Below are positions 1 to 10,425 of a stretch of DNA of 64,000 nt, piece after piece. The position numbers and the translations under genes are program-made. This stretch comes from an uncultured Bacteroidales bacterium (GTDB lineage Bacteria; Bacteroidota; Bacteroidia; Bacteroidales; M50B96), in assembly GCA_964388245.1 (NCBI GenBank), contig CAYLZH010000001.1, positions 774 through 64,773 on the forward strand, in the 5' to 3' direction. The notes beneath the pieces are model-generated. The model was not told the origin of the DNA. It was given only the letters and a program-made list of their open reading frames with translations, and made no database searches. Every line of letters starts with the position of its first letter. The first letter of the stretch is position 1.

Positions 1-1271
1 GGGCCTGTACCTGTTCCAGCGCCTCCTGCTACACAAGCCGATAATCCTCCGGTGAGTGTGCCAACAACTAATCCGTTATTATTGAATATGGGTGATCCGG
101 ATGAGCCTCCTTCTGTAACACCAGCACCGTTTGCAGTTGAAGTCCATTTTACTGCCCAGTGCGTGTTACCCGAAGAATTTACCAGTGCATTAGTATAGGT
201 TGAAATCTTTTTCACATCACCGGCAGGATGGTGAATTCCGACACCACTTGTCGATGAGGCATTGATGGTTCTCCATCCATTAAAAAACACATCATATTCA
301 ATTGGAATATAGGAGTTAAATAGCACCAGATAGAAATCGGATCCTGACCAACCTCCCCGGGCTTTCTTAGTAGCACCGGTCATTGTATTTGAAGCAGGTT
401 CTGGTTCGTTTGAATCGTTGCAGTTTTGGCGTTCGTAATTAAAATAGAATACCCAAACAAGTAAATCTTCAAAACTTGTTCCATCGGCACAATGATCGGC
501 GGTTAAGAAATAAGGTAAACAATCCTGATCGGTATTATTTACCAACGAACCTGAACACCAGCCAAAACCAGTTCCATGTTTTACTGATATCCTCGCTACT
601 CCCCGTTGTTGATCGCGCCAGTTATTTCCTTCGGAGCAAACTGCATCGACCTCGCAATCCTGTGAGGTTTCATACGTACCTCCTCTCGAGAATCCGGGAC
701 CATAAACTGAACGATAGGCATATGCAATTTCTGATATCTCAATAATAGGTTCCTGATAAACATCTGATGGCTGAAAATATTCTAAAATTACTGTCTCGCC
801 ATAAATTAACTCATTAGCAAATTTTCCACTTGGATGATTATTGATATAGGTAAAGGCGCCAATTACCTGCTCCTTATTTCCTCCATATAAGTACAATTCA
901 CAGCCTTCAGGAATCCAGAAATCACTGTAGTAAACTCCAATTGCAAGAGCTTCTTCGGCATGGATTACAAGTCGCCAAATTCGATCGCCATTTGCAAGCT
1001 GAGTCCAGGTTCCGGCTGAGTTAATTGAAAACCCAGCTTTCTGCGATACACCATATCGGTATAGTTCACCATCAGCATCACGAATTTCGTCTTCAGCTTG
1101 TACTTCTTTAATATTTATCTTTGGAAACTCTTTTACCTCAATTTTGTCATCGAGTTTTAATTCAAAACTCTTAGGTATACCACCAACACTTATTTGTCCA
1201 TTTAATGGATTGCTAATGAACAAAAATGCCGAGATTATCAATATACTCAGCAGACTCAAACTTCTTCTCAT
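1..1271 (-). CDS. Secreted S1-family (chymotrypsin-fold, lysyl/glutamyl-endopeptidase-like) serine protease; N-terminal part only, C-terminus lies beyond the left edge
   Basis: The reverse strand reads ATG at 1271..1269 and gives MRRSLSLLSILIISAFLFISNPLNGQ (signal peptide). The frame stays open to position 1. It contains LTADHC (catalytic His motif) and GGSSGSPIF (catalytic Ser motif). It is missing from the ORF track because no stop codon falls inside the window. Confidence 0.75.
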   Translation of the reverse strand, partial: MRRSLSLLSILIISAFLFISNPLNGQISVGGIPKSFELKLDDKIEVKEFPKINIKEVQAEDEIRDADGELYRYGVSQKAGFSINSAGTWTQLANGDRIWRLVIHAEEALAIGVYYSDFWIPEGCELYLYGGNKEQVIGAFTYINNHPSGKFANELIYGETVILEYFQPSDVYQEPIIEISEIAYAYRSVYGPGFSRGGTYETSQDCEVDAVCSEGNNWRDQQRGVARISVKHGTGFGWCSGSLVNNTDQDCLPYFLTADHCADGTSFEDLLVWVFYFNYERQNCNDSNEPEPASNTMTGATKKARGGWSGSDFYLVLFNSYIPIEYDVFFNGWRTINASSTSGVGIHHPAGDVKKISTYTNALVNSSGNTHWAVKWTSTANGAGVTEGGSSGSPIFNNNGLVVGTLTGGLSACVAGGAGTGTG

Positions 1272-1642
1272 ATTCAGTAATTTCAGATTTTGTACAAAAT
1301 AAAACGCCAAAACTATAATTAATAAATGATAGTTTATACTGTCAAATATCATCAATAGATACACAGTAAACATATTGAAGTACAAATGGTTTCATCTGGC
1401 ATGAATATCAGATGAAAATCTACCATAAATTGCTATATATTCTACTGATATCATGTTAGTTAAATAGATAAACCTGTTGATATTTAAAATTTTGTTATTT
1501 TTTTGCTAAAAAACTTGTCAGTCTCATGTATTTTGTTGTATATTTGAATCATCAAATTTGAAACGTTCTTTTTTATAGAATAAAAATATCACTTTAAGCC
1601 TTCATGGTTTAAATTGTGATGGGGAAAGGTTAATTGAAGGGC

Positions 1643-1677
1643 AAGGCTGTCGAATTTTCGGCAGCCTTTTCTTTTTT
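1643..1677 (+). terminator. Strong intrinsic-terminator-like hairpin with no upstream plus-strand ORF
   Basis: aaggctgtcga/tcggcagcctt forms an 11-bp stem (one G-U pair) with an auuu loop, followed by ttcttttttcc. The U-tract exists only on the plus strand. Confidence 0.5.
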
Positions 1678-1711
1678 CCTATACCTGTAAGAATAAATCT
1701 AAACTAATTAC

Positions 1712-1741
1712 ACAAAAAGGCCGGTTGAACCATTAACCGGC
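1712..1741 (-). terminator. Intrinsic terminator downstream of the PorV/PorQ-like gene
   Basis: gccggtt (1720-1726) pairs with aaccggc (1735-1741). On the minus strand the hairpin is followed by CTTTTTGTG. It lies about 25 nt after the stop at 1766. Confidence 0.55.
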
Positions 1742-1765
1742 TTCAATATTTAAAGTGAGTTTTGT

Positions 1766-2824
1766 TTAATTCCAGAAGTATCGAAGGGAAAAAACGTTTG
1801 AGTATTCTGCAATTGATTGATCGCCGACATCGGTAAATGCATAATCAAGTGCAAAAGATTTTAACTGTAGCCCAAATCCAATGGTAGGCTGAAACGACCA
1901 TGCCTTTTCGTCAAATTCCATTACCTCCTGAAAATTGCCGACACCACATCTTACAAACATGAATTTCTTATATCCCAGTTCCATTCCCATATGAGGATCG
2001 ATTGAAACCAGATTGCTGCTTACAACTGTATGTTTTTCACCGTCGAAAGTCAGGTCGGCATCGAGTTCAACATGCAAATCAAAATTTTTATTCAATGTGA
2101 AATTCCTTCCTGTGCCTAAAAGAAGCTTCGGTAATGTTGCTTCAATCGCACTGGATGATATGGTATTAAACGTTGAGTCGAGAACAGTGACTGCCAATTT
2201 ATCATTATTAAAACTCCAGGCGTTAAACGTACTTGTTGCATCGCGTAGCACAATTCCATAACTCCATTTGTTCTTATGGAACTGAGCCCCTATATCGAAA
2301 CCAAATCCCCATGCCTTGGCAAATTCTCCGACAATCCGGTGAATTATTTTCACATTTGCTCCATACTGCAAGTTTGGATTTTTAGCTTTTTGCGCATACG
2401 AAAATAGAATTCCATAATCAGCAACAGAAAACTTCTTGATCCTGTCGTAATCGAGATTTCCTTCGCTATCGAAAATTTCCAGGGTGTTTTTGATATCATC
2501 AACCCCAAACCGGAGTAGCGTCAGTCCCACAATTCTTTGGTCATCAATTCGATAACTGGCTCCGGCGTAATCATATTTTGCCATTCCTGCAAAATACTCG
2601 GTATGCATCAGGCTAAGTCCATAATTATTACTGATACTGACCAATCCGGCCGGATTCCAGTATCCTGATGATACATCACAAACACTTGCTACAACCGAGT
2701 TGCCCATTGCCAATGCGGGTGCACCTACACCGTTCGACATAAATTCGTTACTATAAATCCTTTGGGCCACAGTCGATTGCCATAGAAAGCATGCTAAAAA
2801 TATTATTCCAATTTGCTTGTGCAT
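1766..2824 (-). CDS. PorV/PorQ-family outer-membrane beta-barrel protein (T9SS-associated, FadL-like)
   Basis: Has a signal peptide (MHKQIGIIFLACFLWQSTVAQ). The motif GVGAPALAMGNSVVASV...GYWNPAGL is typical of this family. Alternating beta-strand pattern with an aromatic C-terminus (...LRYFWN). Confidence 0.6.
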   Translation of the reverse strand: MHKQIGIIFLACFLWQSTVAQRIYSNEFMSNGVGAPALAMGNSVVASVCDVSSGYWNPAGLVSISNNYGLSLMHTEYFAGMAKYDYAGASYRIDDQRIVGLTLLRFGVDDIKNTLEIFDSEGNLDYDRIKKFSVADYGILFSYAQKAKNPNLQYGANVKIIHRIVGEFAKAWGFGFDIGAQFHKNKWSYGIVLRDATSTFNAWSFNNDKLAVTVLDSTFNTISSSAIEATLPKLLLGTGRNFTLNKNFDLHVELDADLTFDGEKHTVVSSNLVSIDPHMGMELGYKKFMFVRCGVGNFQEVMEFDEKAWSFQPTIGFGLQLKSFALDYAFTDVGDQSIAEYSNVFSLRYFWN

Positions 2825-2943
2825 ATTATTCCTTATCAGAAAAACTAAGTTATTAACTAAATAAGAATATTTTTATTGTCGCATTGATAAACAATAAGAG
2901 AGGCCTGGTAAAATATAATCCGGGCAAAATCATCATCTTAAAA

Positions 2944-3969
2944 TCAGGAATAAGCATCGAGGCATTCTTCGAAAAAGATATCATGCTCGATGGGTACAAC
3001 TCCTACTTTCTCGCAAACCAGACCACCAGCAATATTTGCGATAGCAGCAATATTATCAGGCTCTACACCAGAAGCAAGACAAAGACAAGCTACTGCAATA
3101 ACAGTATCGCCGGCACCAGACACATCTGCGATATCGCGAATTTCGGCCGGCAGGGAATGATACTTCTTATTATCACTGATTAAAACACCTGCTTCAGAAA
3201 GTGTTACCATTACATATTTCAGGTTCATATTTTTGTGCAATACTTTGGTCGCTTCAAATATTCCCTGTAAATCGAATTTGTTCAAATCAAGTTTTAAGCC
3301 TTCTACCAACTCTTTAAAATTTGGTTTAAACAAAGTAGCATTTTTGAAATGGTTAAAATTCCTTTTTTTCGGATCGACAAGTATCGGGATATCCATTGAA
3401 TTAGCTCTGTCAATAACTTCTTCAATTATAACCGGAGTAATATTTCCTTTATCGTAATCCTGAAAAATAATTGCATCAATTTTGTCATGATCCAGAATTT
3501 TGTTTATTACATCAATCAGTTGATGCTCGGCTTCTTCGGGCAAACGACCGGTTACTTCTTCATCAACCCTTAATAAATGCTGATTACTACTGATTACCCT
3601 GGTTTTGACAGTAGTAATTCGCTGTTCTGATTGAATAATGCCGGTACTGGTGAGTTTCTGGTTTTTCATCAATTCAAGAAACTCGGCTCCCATATTATCC
3701 TGTCCAATAACCGAACATAAGACAGGTTCTGCCCCAAGCGACATGAGATTAAGACCAACATTGGCAGCTCCACCCAACCTGTTTTCTTTGTGAGTAATGG
3801 CAACGATTGGGATGGGTGCTTCGGGCGAGATTCTGTCTACATTACCCCACATATAAGAATCGATCATAACATCGCCAATTACCATTACTTTCTTTTTATT
3901 GAAAGAATTAAATAGTTTTCTTACTGCGTTTTTATCCACTATTACTGATTTTGTTTTAATCCACGGCAA
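2944..3969 (-). CDS. D-glycero-beta-D-manno-heptose-7-phosphate kinase-like PfkB sugar kinase (RfaE/HldE domain I only)
   Basis: VMVIGDVMIDSYMWGNVDRISPEAPIPIV...RLGGAANV and a C-terminal DVSGAGDTVIAV match the ribokinase/PfkB fold and the RfaE kinase-domain pattern. At 341 aa there is no adenylyltransferase domain. Confidence 0.8.
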   Translation of the reverse strand: MPWIKTKSVIVDKNAVRKLFNSFNKKKVMVIGDVMIDSYMWGNVDRISPEAPIPIVAITHKENRLGGAANVGLNLMSLGAEPVLCSVIGQDNMGAEFLELMKNQKLTSTGIIQSEQRITTVKTRVISSNQHLLRVDEEVTGRLPEEAEHQLIDVINKILDHDKIDAIIFQDYDKGNITPVIIEEVIDRANSMDIPILVDPKKRNFNHFKNATLFKPNFKELVEGLKLDLNKFDLQGIFEATKVLHKNMNLKYVMVTLSEAGVLISDNKKYHSLPAEIRDIADVSGAGDTVIAVACLCLASGVEPDNIAAIANIAGGLVCEKVGVVPIEHDIFFEECLDAYS

Positions 3970-4059
3970 AGATAGTATATCAAATGATTATTCAATTCAT
4001 TGCCGTTGTACCTTCTTACTACAATGGAAATTCCAATTCGAATTTGCACTAATCATAAA

Positions 4060-7000
4060 TTATCTGACTATAACAGAATGTTTTAAATGTATATTCGTAG
4101 TTTCAACCTGTATTATGTAAACTCCTTTTGCCCTGGTTGATAAATCAATTTGAATTGGAAAATTATGTTCTTCCACCACACACAGTTCAATTCCAAGGAT
4201 ATCATAAATCCGGATGTCGATTTTATCCTGGGTTTTAAATTCTGAATCGATAAAGAACAATCCGTTTGTAGGATTTGGATGAATCTTAATTAAATCCGCA
4301 GCATTTATCGAAACAGAATTAAGGTATAACTGTACATTTATTTCGTCGTGGTTCGAACAACCATTCTGATCGGTAATACTTACAGTATAGGTACCTGCCT
4401 CTGAAACCTGAATTGATTGTGTCGTTTCGCCTGTCGACCATAAATATGTTTCCCAGTTTCCGGCATCTAATTCAACAGTATCGCCCTGATTAAAATATAT
4501 GTCAGGACCAAGATCGACCTGGGGAACCACAAAATGGAATAGATTTACCGAATCAACAATCGCATTTCCGCACATGTCAGTAACTGTAATAAAGTATAAT
4601 CCTTCGGAAGAAACAGAGATATGATTAAAAATACTTCCGTTCGACCAAAAATAAGCTGCCACATCGAAGTTTGCCGACACCTGAAAATCCACAAATTCTC
4701 CGGGACATGAAAATTTGTCACTGCCTAAATCAAGTGCCGGAGTATTTGTTATCTGATAATAGCTTAATTGATCATTAAAACTATTAGAATCGTTCATGCA
4801 ATAAATTTTTGCTGAAATGTTTTGAGATCCCTGACCAGAACAATCAGCAGGCGTAGTGAAAGTATAATCTGTTACATTTCCCGGAGCTATTGGAATTAGA
4901 CAAGTTTCCGGCGAAATAGTATCGCCATTAAGCCAGTAGCTTAGTTGATATGAGCTTATTGTTTCGTATCCGAAATTTGCAACTTGTATTGTAATTATTT
5001 CTGATGATGAAAATCCACAACCGGTCCCCTGTGCAAATGATATGATTGCTGCATCGATAGAATTGCCTAAAAAATCTATCGCTCCTCCTTCAGTTAATAC
5101 ATTGGTATTATTTGCAATAAGACCGAAAAAACTTTCAGGTACAGATTGCCCGGGCCAGACCACCTGAGCCGAATCGATCTGGATGTTGTTACCCAAACCG
5201 AAATGAAGTGTAAAAGGCCGTTGCATTTTTTGCCCTCTTCCGGCATTTACCTCCTGTGTTAAAACCTGACCATCGACAAATAGCTTGACCTTTGCACCAA
5301 TTGCAAATTTATTACTGCTGGTTGCCTGGACTTTTACAAAAATCGAATTGCCTGCTTCAATATCTTTATTTTCAAAAATTCTGATATGATTTCCATTGCC
5401 TGCTGCAAGATCAAGCCTGCCATCGCGATTATAATCAAAGCATACTGCATCGTTTCCTGAAACTATATTCTGAATTCCATAATCGAAGGTCTTCAGACTA
5501 AAACTATGGTCGGCATTTTGAATATAAACATCGACAAAACGACAGCCATAATAGGTTGAAATATAAAAATCGGCAAGGCCATCATTGTTGAAATCGCCCC
5601 AGCAAGCACCGGCATGCGTTTCCTCGAATTGAATTCCCTGATCGCCGTCTGCGTCGGAACTACTACCGTGTGTATCAAAAAACGAGTAGCCGGGGGGGCC
5701 GTCGTTCCGGTAAATTGTGGTTCCCCTGTGATCATATGCCACTAAATAACTCGGATGTGCAAATTGTGGTAAAAGAAGATCGAAATCGCCATCATTATCA
5801 TAATCGTACCAATCGGTTCCTGTACCGTGATTTGATCCTCCGTTTGGATTATGATCGATGCCTTTTAAAACACAAATATCGGTAAATGTACCGTCGCCAT
5901 TGTTTTGATAGAACTCGTCCTGTTGAAGAAAATAATTCGTTACAAAAAGATCAGGATCACTGTCATTGTCAAAATCTACCCAGGAGCAGCCCCGGCTATT
6001 CCGGTTTTTTTCGTACACATAAAATGGCGGATTCCAAGCCGCATTCGGATAATTATAAACACCATTGTATTCAGGGTAGATGGTTTTTGTTGTATCAATA
6101 AAACCATTTGCCGTATCGTTAAAAAAAAGATAGTTTAATTCCGGTTCGGGGTAAGTGGCCCATAACTGACACACAAACAGATCGGGAAAGTTGTCGCTGT
6201 TGACGTCAGTAATACTGAATCCGTGAATGGATTTAAAAACCGGTAAAGATGAAATGAAATTTTCGATAAAAATTCCGCTGCCATTGTTGATATAAACAAA
6301 GCTGCTGTCGTTTGAATCGAGAAAAAGAATATCCAGATCATTGTCATTATCCATGTCGAGAAATGTATTTGCTGCCGGGTTACCTCGCAAACCAACCTGT
6401 TGGGTTTTTTCAATAAACTGTCCTGCACCGTTGTTACGGTATAAGCGACCACTTACCATGATGTCCACGTATCCATCTTCATCGTAATCGACCGTTGCAA
6501 TCGACTTGTTACTTAACGATGAGTTAATGCCTGAAGAATTTGTAACATCCTGAAACAAAATGCCTGATGTTAAGTCAGGATAGTCGATTATTGCATCAAT
6601 CTTAAAGCTTTTTTTCGATCCAAGATACCAACTACCATTGCCATAAATGAACTGATAATAATAATCGCCTCCTGATGATGAGGAACAGGACGATTCCGGG
6701 GGCTCTGATGTGGAAATAAGTCGTACACCCGGTTCTATATCGGATATTGCTATAAAAAACTGGTTATTGTCCAGCCAAATAGGATCGGGTAGTTGAACAT
6801 AAATTTGCTCGGTTCCAAATTGAGATTTTTGCAATGTGATCGGTAAAACCAAATCGTGTTGTAATTGAGGAAATGATGTACCACCCTCGTGTCCAAATAC
6901 ATGTAGTTTAACAGTTCCATCTGTGCTTAGCCCGCTTAGCGTTATCATAATTTCCTGAAGATATCCGGGTGCCGGTAGTTCAAAGCGGCCAACATATAAA

Positions 7001-7122
7001 TCATACCCTGAAGGGGCATTGGAATTCGATGAGCCCGGGTTATAATGTCGCAGGGTATCAACAATAGAAAAACTCGATAAACACAGGCACGTTAGTAAAA
7101 CAAGAATACTGATCTTTTTCAT
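4060..7122 (-). CDS. Large secreted FG-GAP/VCBS-repeat protein (ASPIC/UnbV, CRTAC1-like) with Ig-like repeats and a T9SS C-terminal sorting domain
   Basis: Has a signal peptide. Repeated D-x-D/N-x-D-G-x-x-D calcium-binding FG-GAP motifs are present (VDYDEDGYVDI, DMDNDNDLDI, DFNNDGLADF, DYNRDGRLDL). The C-terminus IHPNPTNGLFFIDSEF...KGVYIIQV...VIVR resembles a type A T9SS CTD. Confidence 0.8.
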   Translation of the reverse strand: MKKISILVLLTCLCLSSFSIVDTLRHYNPGSSNSNAPSGYDLYVGRFELPAPGYLQEIMITLSGLSTDGTVKLHVFGHEGGTSFPQLQHDLVLPITLQKSQFGTEQIYVQLPDPIWLDNNQFFIAISDIEPGVRLISTSEPPESSCSSSSGGDYYYQFIYGNGSWYLGSKKSFKIDAIIDYPDLTSGILFQDVTNSSGINSSLSNKSIATVDYDEDGYVDIMVSGRLYRNNGAGQFIEKTQQVGLRGNPAANTFLDMDNDNDLDILFLDSNDSSFVYINNGSGIFIENFISSLPVFKSIHGFSITDVNSDNFPDLFVCQLWATYPEPELNYLFFNDTANGFIDTTKTIYPEYNGVYNYPNAAWNPPFYVYEKNRNSRGCSWVDFDNDSDPDLFVTNYFLQQDEFYQNNGDGTFTDICVLKGIDHNPNGGSNHGTGTDWYDYDNDGDFDLLLPQFAHPSYLVAYDHRGTTIYRNDGPPGYSFFDTHGSSSDADGDQGIQFEETHAGACWGDFNNDGLADFYISTYYGCRFVDVYIQNADHSFSLKTFDYGIQNIVSGNDAVCFDYNRDGRLDLAAGNGNHIRIFENKDIEAGNSIFVKVQATSSNKFAIGAKVKLFVDGQVLTQEVNAGRGQKMQRPFTLHFGLGNNIQIDSAQVVWPGQSVPESFFGLIANNTNVLTEGGAIDFLGNSIDAAIISFAQGTGCGFSSSEIITIQVANFGYETISSYQLSYWLNGDTISPETCLIPIAPGNVTDYTFTTPADCSGQGSQNISAKIYCMNDSNSFNDQLSYYQITNTPALDLGSDKFSCPGEFVDFQVSANFDVAAYFWSNGSIFNHISVSSEGLYFITVTDMCGNAIVDSVNLFHFVVPQVDLGPDIYFNQGDTVELDAGNWETYLWSTGETTQSIQVSEAGTYTVSITDQNGCSNHDEINVQLYLNSVSINAADLIKIHPNPTNGLFFIDSEFKTQDKIDIRIYDILGIELCVVEEHNFPIQIDLSTRAKGVYIIQVETTNIHLKHSVIVR

Positions 7123-7262
7123 TGCAATCCATGGCTTAATTCAAAATAACTACATGTAAAAGTACCAATTTTTACATTAACAGGGAGTAACCTAACCGGT
7201 ATCAGACTTATTGATTCGCCTGATATGAAATGTTCAGCAATAACTGATTGAAAAAGTTAAAT

Positions 7263-8252
7263 TCAGCTTTTCGTACTGTTTCCCCTTTTCATTAAGCTTT
7301 TTATCGAATAAGCCGGCTTTTTATGCTGAACCATAAACATTCGATTGAGGTATTCGCCAATCACTCCAAGGCTAAACAAAATGATACTTGTTGAAAATAA
7401 AACAGTAACAATAATTGCAGTAAATCCGAGGGGTACATTAAATATAATTTTCCGGTATATAAAATATAATCCGATGAAAAATGTAATTAACGACAGAATA
7501 ATACCACCATAGGTGATCATCCTTAACGGAGCTTTTGTATAGTAAATACTTATATTGAAAAACAGCCTCAGTAGTTTACTAAAAGTATAGTTAGATTTCT
7601 GATATTTACGTGGTTCGTGCCGGACAGCAACAAAATCGATATGCTTTGTATACCATAACAGAACCTCATCGATATAAATAAAATTCTGACGATGGGTTAA
7701 AATTGATTCGGCCAGGTTGCGTGTAAATAATTTAAATGAGGATCCTTTTCCCGGTGCCTGGTCATCAATCCTTTTCGATGAGTTTTTAAGTATTTCGCTG
7801 CCCTTATTTCGAATGTATGAATGTTGTTTTTTTATAAGGTCTCCATAAACCAGGTCGGCTTTACTTTTTTCATATTGGCTTATCAGTTTTTTAATTTCTT
7901 CAGGAGGTATCTGGAGGTCATCATCGAGGGTAATCACAAATTTGCCCTGGACATAATTTAAACCACAGAAAATTGCATTGTGCTGTCCGAAATTTTTAGC
8001 CAACTGAATGGCTGTTATCGTCTCAGGGTATTTATCTTTTAATTTAATTATTTCTTCCCAGCTATTATCGTATCCTGAGTCTTCAACAAAAATGATCTCG
8101 AAACTTTTTCCTGTCTCATCAAATGTTGCCTTTGTTCGCAGAAACAATTCATGTAGCGATTCTTCAGAATTATAAACAGGTACAATTACCGAATAGTCTA
8201 CACTTACCGAGGGTCGCCTGCCGTTGTTATGGAAAAAAGATTCGCTATTCAT
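7263..8252 (-). CDS. GT2 polyprenyl-phosphate glycosyltransferase (GtrB/ArnC/DPM1-like)
   Basis: VIVPVYNSEESL, FGQHNAIFCGL and DDDLQIPPEEI (DxD region) are present. Two C-terminal TM helices end in GVIGEYLNRMF, which is typical of GtrB/ArnC-type enzymes. Confidence 0.85.
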   Translation of the reverse strand: MNSESFFHNNGRRPSVSVDYSVIVPVYNSEESLHELFLRTKATFDETGKSFEIIFVEDSGYDNSWEEIIKLKDKYPETITAIQLAKNFGQHNAIFCGLNYVQGKFVITLDDDLQIPPEEIKKLISQYEKSKADLVYGDLIKKQHSYIRNKGSEILKNSSKRIDDQAPGKGSSFKLFTRNLAESILTHRQNFIYIDEVLLWYTKHIDFVAVRHEPRKYQKSNYTFSKLLRLFFNISIYYTKAPLRMITYGGIILSLITFFIGLYFIYRKIIFNVPLGFTAIIVTVLFSTSIILFSLGVIGEYLNRMFMVQHKKPAYSIKSLMKRGNSTKS

Positions 8253-8261
8253 TATTCAAAA

Positions 8262-8993
8262 TTAAAATCCTCCGAGTGGAATATTTATTCCAGTTATCCA
8301 TTTCGAAGCATCCGACAAAAAAAAGATAACTGCATTTGCAACATCTTTGGGTTCTCCAAAACCAAGGGGTGATAACTCCTCAAAGCGTTTAAGTACTTCT
8401 GATGATATAGTTTCTCCTGCTCCTTCAACCATCGGTGTTTTTACGAATGTGGGCAGCAAACAATTCGACCTGATTTTTTTCGGGGCTAATTCCAATGCGA
8501 GGGTTCGCGAATAGGTTTCGATAGCAGATTTTGCACTACTATACAGGGCACCTCCAAAATAAGCCTTTTCCGAAGCTATGGATGACATAAAAATAAATGA
8601 TGCCCCACTGTTTACTTTTTTCTTTTTAAGCAATCGTCCTGCTAATAAAATCGGAGCCTGAAAATTAATCTCAAAAATTTCATTGATATCCTTTTCGCGA
8701 ATAAATTTTACAGGCATATGTGTTGTAATTCCGGCCGATAAAACTACACCATCAAGTTTTTCTGTAAAATTCACCAGTTCGTTTATCTGCTCCTCATCAA
8801 CAAGATCGGCAACAAACATCCGGTGACCTTTGCCCGGGAGCATTTGGAGGCATTCGCTGAGCCTTTCAGGATTGCGTCCAGTAATAAAAAGATTTGCCCC
8901 TGCCTCTGCTACCGAAATGGCAACCTGCCTGCCAATTCCGGACGATGCTCCGGTTACCAGAACTGTCTTTCCTTCAAGCGAAAATTGTTTCAT
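8262..8993 (-). CDS. SDR-family oxidoreductase (FabG-like ketoreductase)
   Basis: Carries the TGASSGIG cofactor motif and the S...YSSAK catalytic tetrad region. At 243 aa it fits a classical short-chain dehydrogenase. Confidence 0.85.
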   Translation of the reverse strand: MKQFSLEGKTVLVTGASSGIGRQVAISVAEAGANLFITGRNPERLSECLQMLPGKGHRMFVADLVDEEQINELVNFTEKLDGVVLSAGITTHMPVKFIREKDINEIFEINFQAPILLAGRLLKKKKVNSGASFIFMSSIASEKAYFGGALYSSAKSAIETYSRTLALELAPKKIRSNCLLPTFVKTPMVEGAGETISSEVLKRFEELSPLGFGEPKDVANAVIFFLSDASKWITGINIPLGGF

Positions 8994-9086
8994 CTTATAA
9001 TCTCCGAATGGTTTTCATTTATTGGTTCAATTCAGCAATATTTTTTAAACTGGTTTTTACTTTCAGGATATCTTATTTTGATGCTT

Positions 9087-10157
9087 TTATTCCTCCTCAA
9101 TAATCATATCAGGCACATGCACATTCTCGGTTTGCAGATAAACAGAACCCCACGATAAACCTACACCAAATCCACTTAACAACAGGCTTAATTTTTTATT
9201 TTTTAAAACATCCTGCATTTCAGACACCATTGTTATCGGAATGGATGCACAGGAAGTATTGCCATATTTATGGATTGAGTAAGGTAGTTTGTCAGACTCA
9301 ATTTTTAATTTTTTTCTAATGACCTCGTTAATCATTTTATTCGCCTGATGTAACAATACATAGTCAATCTTATCCATGGACATATCGATGTGCTTGAAGA
9401 GTTTCTTGACATTTTTTGATACCTCCATCAGCGAAAAATTAAACACCTTTATTCCGTCAAGATGAACATGAAATTTATTTCGATGAATCCCTTCCGAAAT
9501 CTCAACGGTTTCAAATGAGGTGTCTTTATCGTAATAATTCCTTAGGCCACCGTCGGGGATATGAATTGCATCCCATCCCGATCCGTCGGATTGGAGATTA
9601 AAGTGCATGGGCGCAGCGTCGGGATCATATTCCAGGCAAGTTACAGTTGCAGCATCACCAAATAAGGGATACGAGCTTTTATCGTTATAGCAGGTACTCA
9701 ACGACGAAAGATCACCAACCATTAGCAGGGCCTTTTTAAACTGCCCGTGGCTCATGTGGCTTGCAATAGTTGATAAGCCGTAAACATAGGCCGAACATCC
9801 CAGGCTAACATCAAATGACATACAGCTCTTGGGCAAACCCAGCTTGTCCTGCATAATGGTTGAGGTCTGGGGAACAATATAATCGCGCGATTGGGAAACA
9901 AATATCAGGCAATCGACTTCGGACCTGTCCCAGTCGAGATCGCTTAACAGTTTCTCGGCTGCCATAATGCATAAATCAGATGTGGTTGTACTTCGTATGC
10001 CATCAACAACCCGTCTTTTTTCGATACCGGTTTGTTTGATAAAAAGTTCCCGCTCTTCTTTCGATATCCAGTCGTAATCCCAATTATTGATTTCGACTTT
10101 AGGTACAGCCCCGGCCATACCGGTAATTTTTACATTCGGAATTGAAAAAATTGCCAT
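9087..10157 (-). CDS. 3-oxoacyl-ACP synthase III family (KAS III / FabH-like)
   Basis: The Cys-His-Asn triad contexts are intact: SLGCSAYVYG, LHQANKMI, YGNTSCASIP. Its ATG overlaps the stop of the upstream ACP gene by 1 nt (TAATG). Confidence 0.85.
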   Translation of the reverse strand: MAIFSIPNVKITGMAGAVPKVEINNWDYDWISKEERELFIKQTGIEKRRVVDGIRSTTTSDLCIMAAEKLLSDLDWDRSEVDCLIFVSQSRDYIVPQTSTIMQDKLGLPKSCMSFDVSLGCSAYVYGLSTIASHMSHGQFKKALLMVGDLSSLSTCYNDKSSYPLFGDAATVTCLEYDPDAAPMHFNLQSDGSGWDAIHIPDGGLRNYYDKDTSFETVEISEGIHRNKFHVHLDGIKVFNFSLMEVSKNVKKLFKHIDMSMDKIDYVLLHQANKMINEVIRKKLKIESDKLPYSIHKYGNTSCASIPITMVSEMQDVLKNKKLSLLLSGFGVGLSWGSVYLQTENVHVPDMIIEEE

Positions 10158-10393
10158 TATTCTTCCATTTTTGATTTGATAGTATCATATAAATCCTGAA
10201 TTGAAACCGCTTTGCCAATATCATCAGCAGTCATGGTTACATCGTATTCTGTATCGCATAAAGCAATAAATATCAAAGCATTTATTGAATTCCACTCGAA
10301 ATGTTCACGAAATGCTGAATCAGCTTGTAAAACACCCGGTTCAAGGTCTTCAAATTCTACTTCCAATGCTTCAATAAAGTCTTCAATTTTCAT
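10157..10393 (-). CDS. Acyl carrier protein-like (phosphopantetheine attachment)
   Basis: A 78-aa acidic four-helix-sized protein. NSINAL sits at the position of the DSL attachment motif. It lies between two KASIII genes. Confidence 0.7.
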   Translation of the reverse strand: MKIEDFIEALEVEFEDLEPGVLQADSAFREHFEWNSINALIFIALCDTEYDVTMTADDIGKAVSIQDLYDTIKSKMEE

Positions 10394-10425
10394 TTCTTTC
10401 TGTTTATTTTTGATTTATTTGCTAT

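Noticed and set aside
476-745. An 89-aa plus-strand ORF from the track.
   Set aside because: It lies antisense within the clearly coding minus-strand S1 protease gene (His and Ser motifs in frame). Its composition is implausible.
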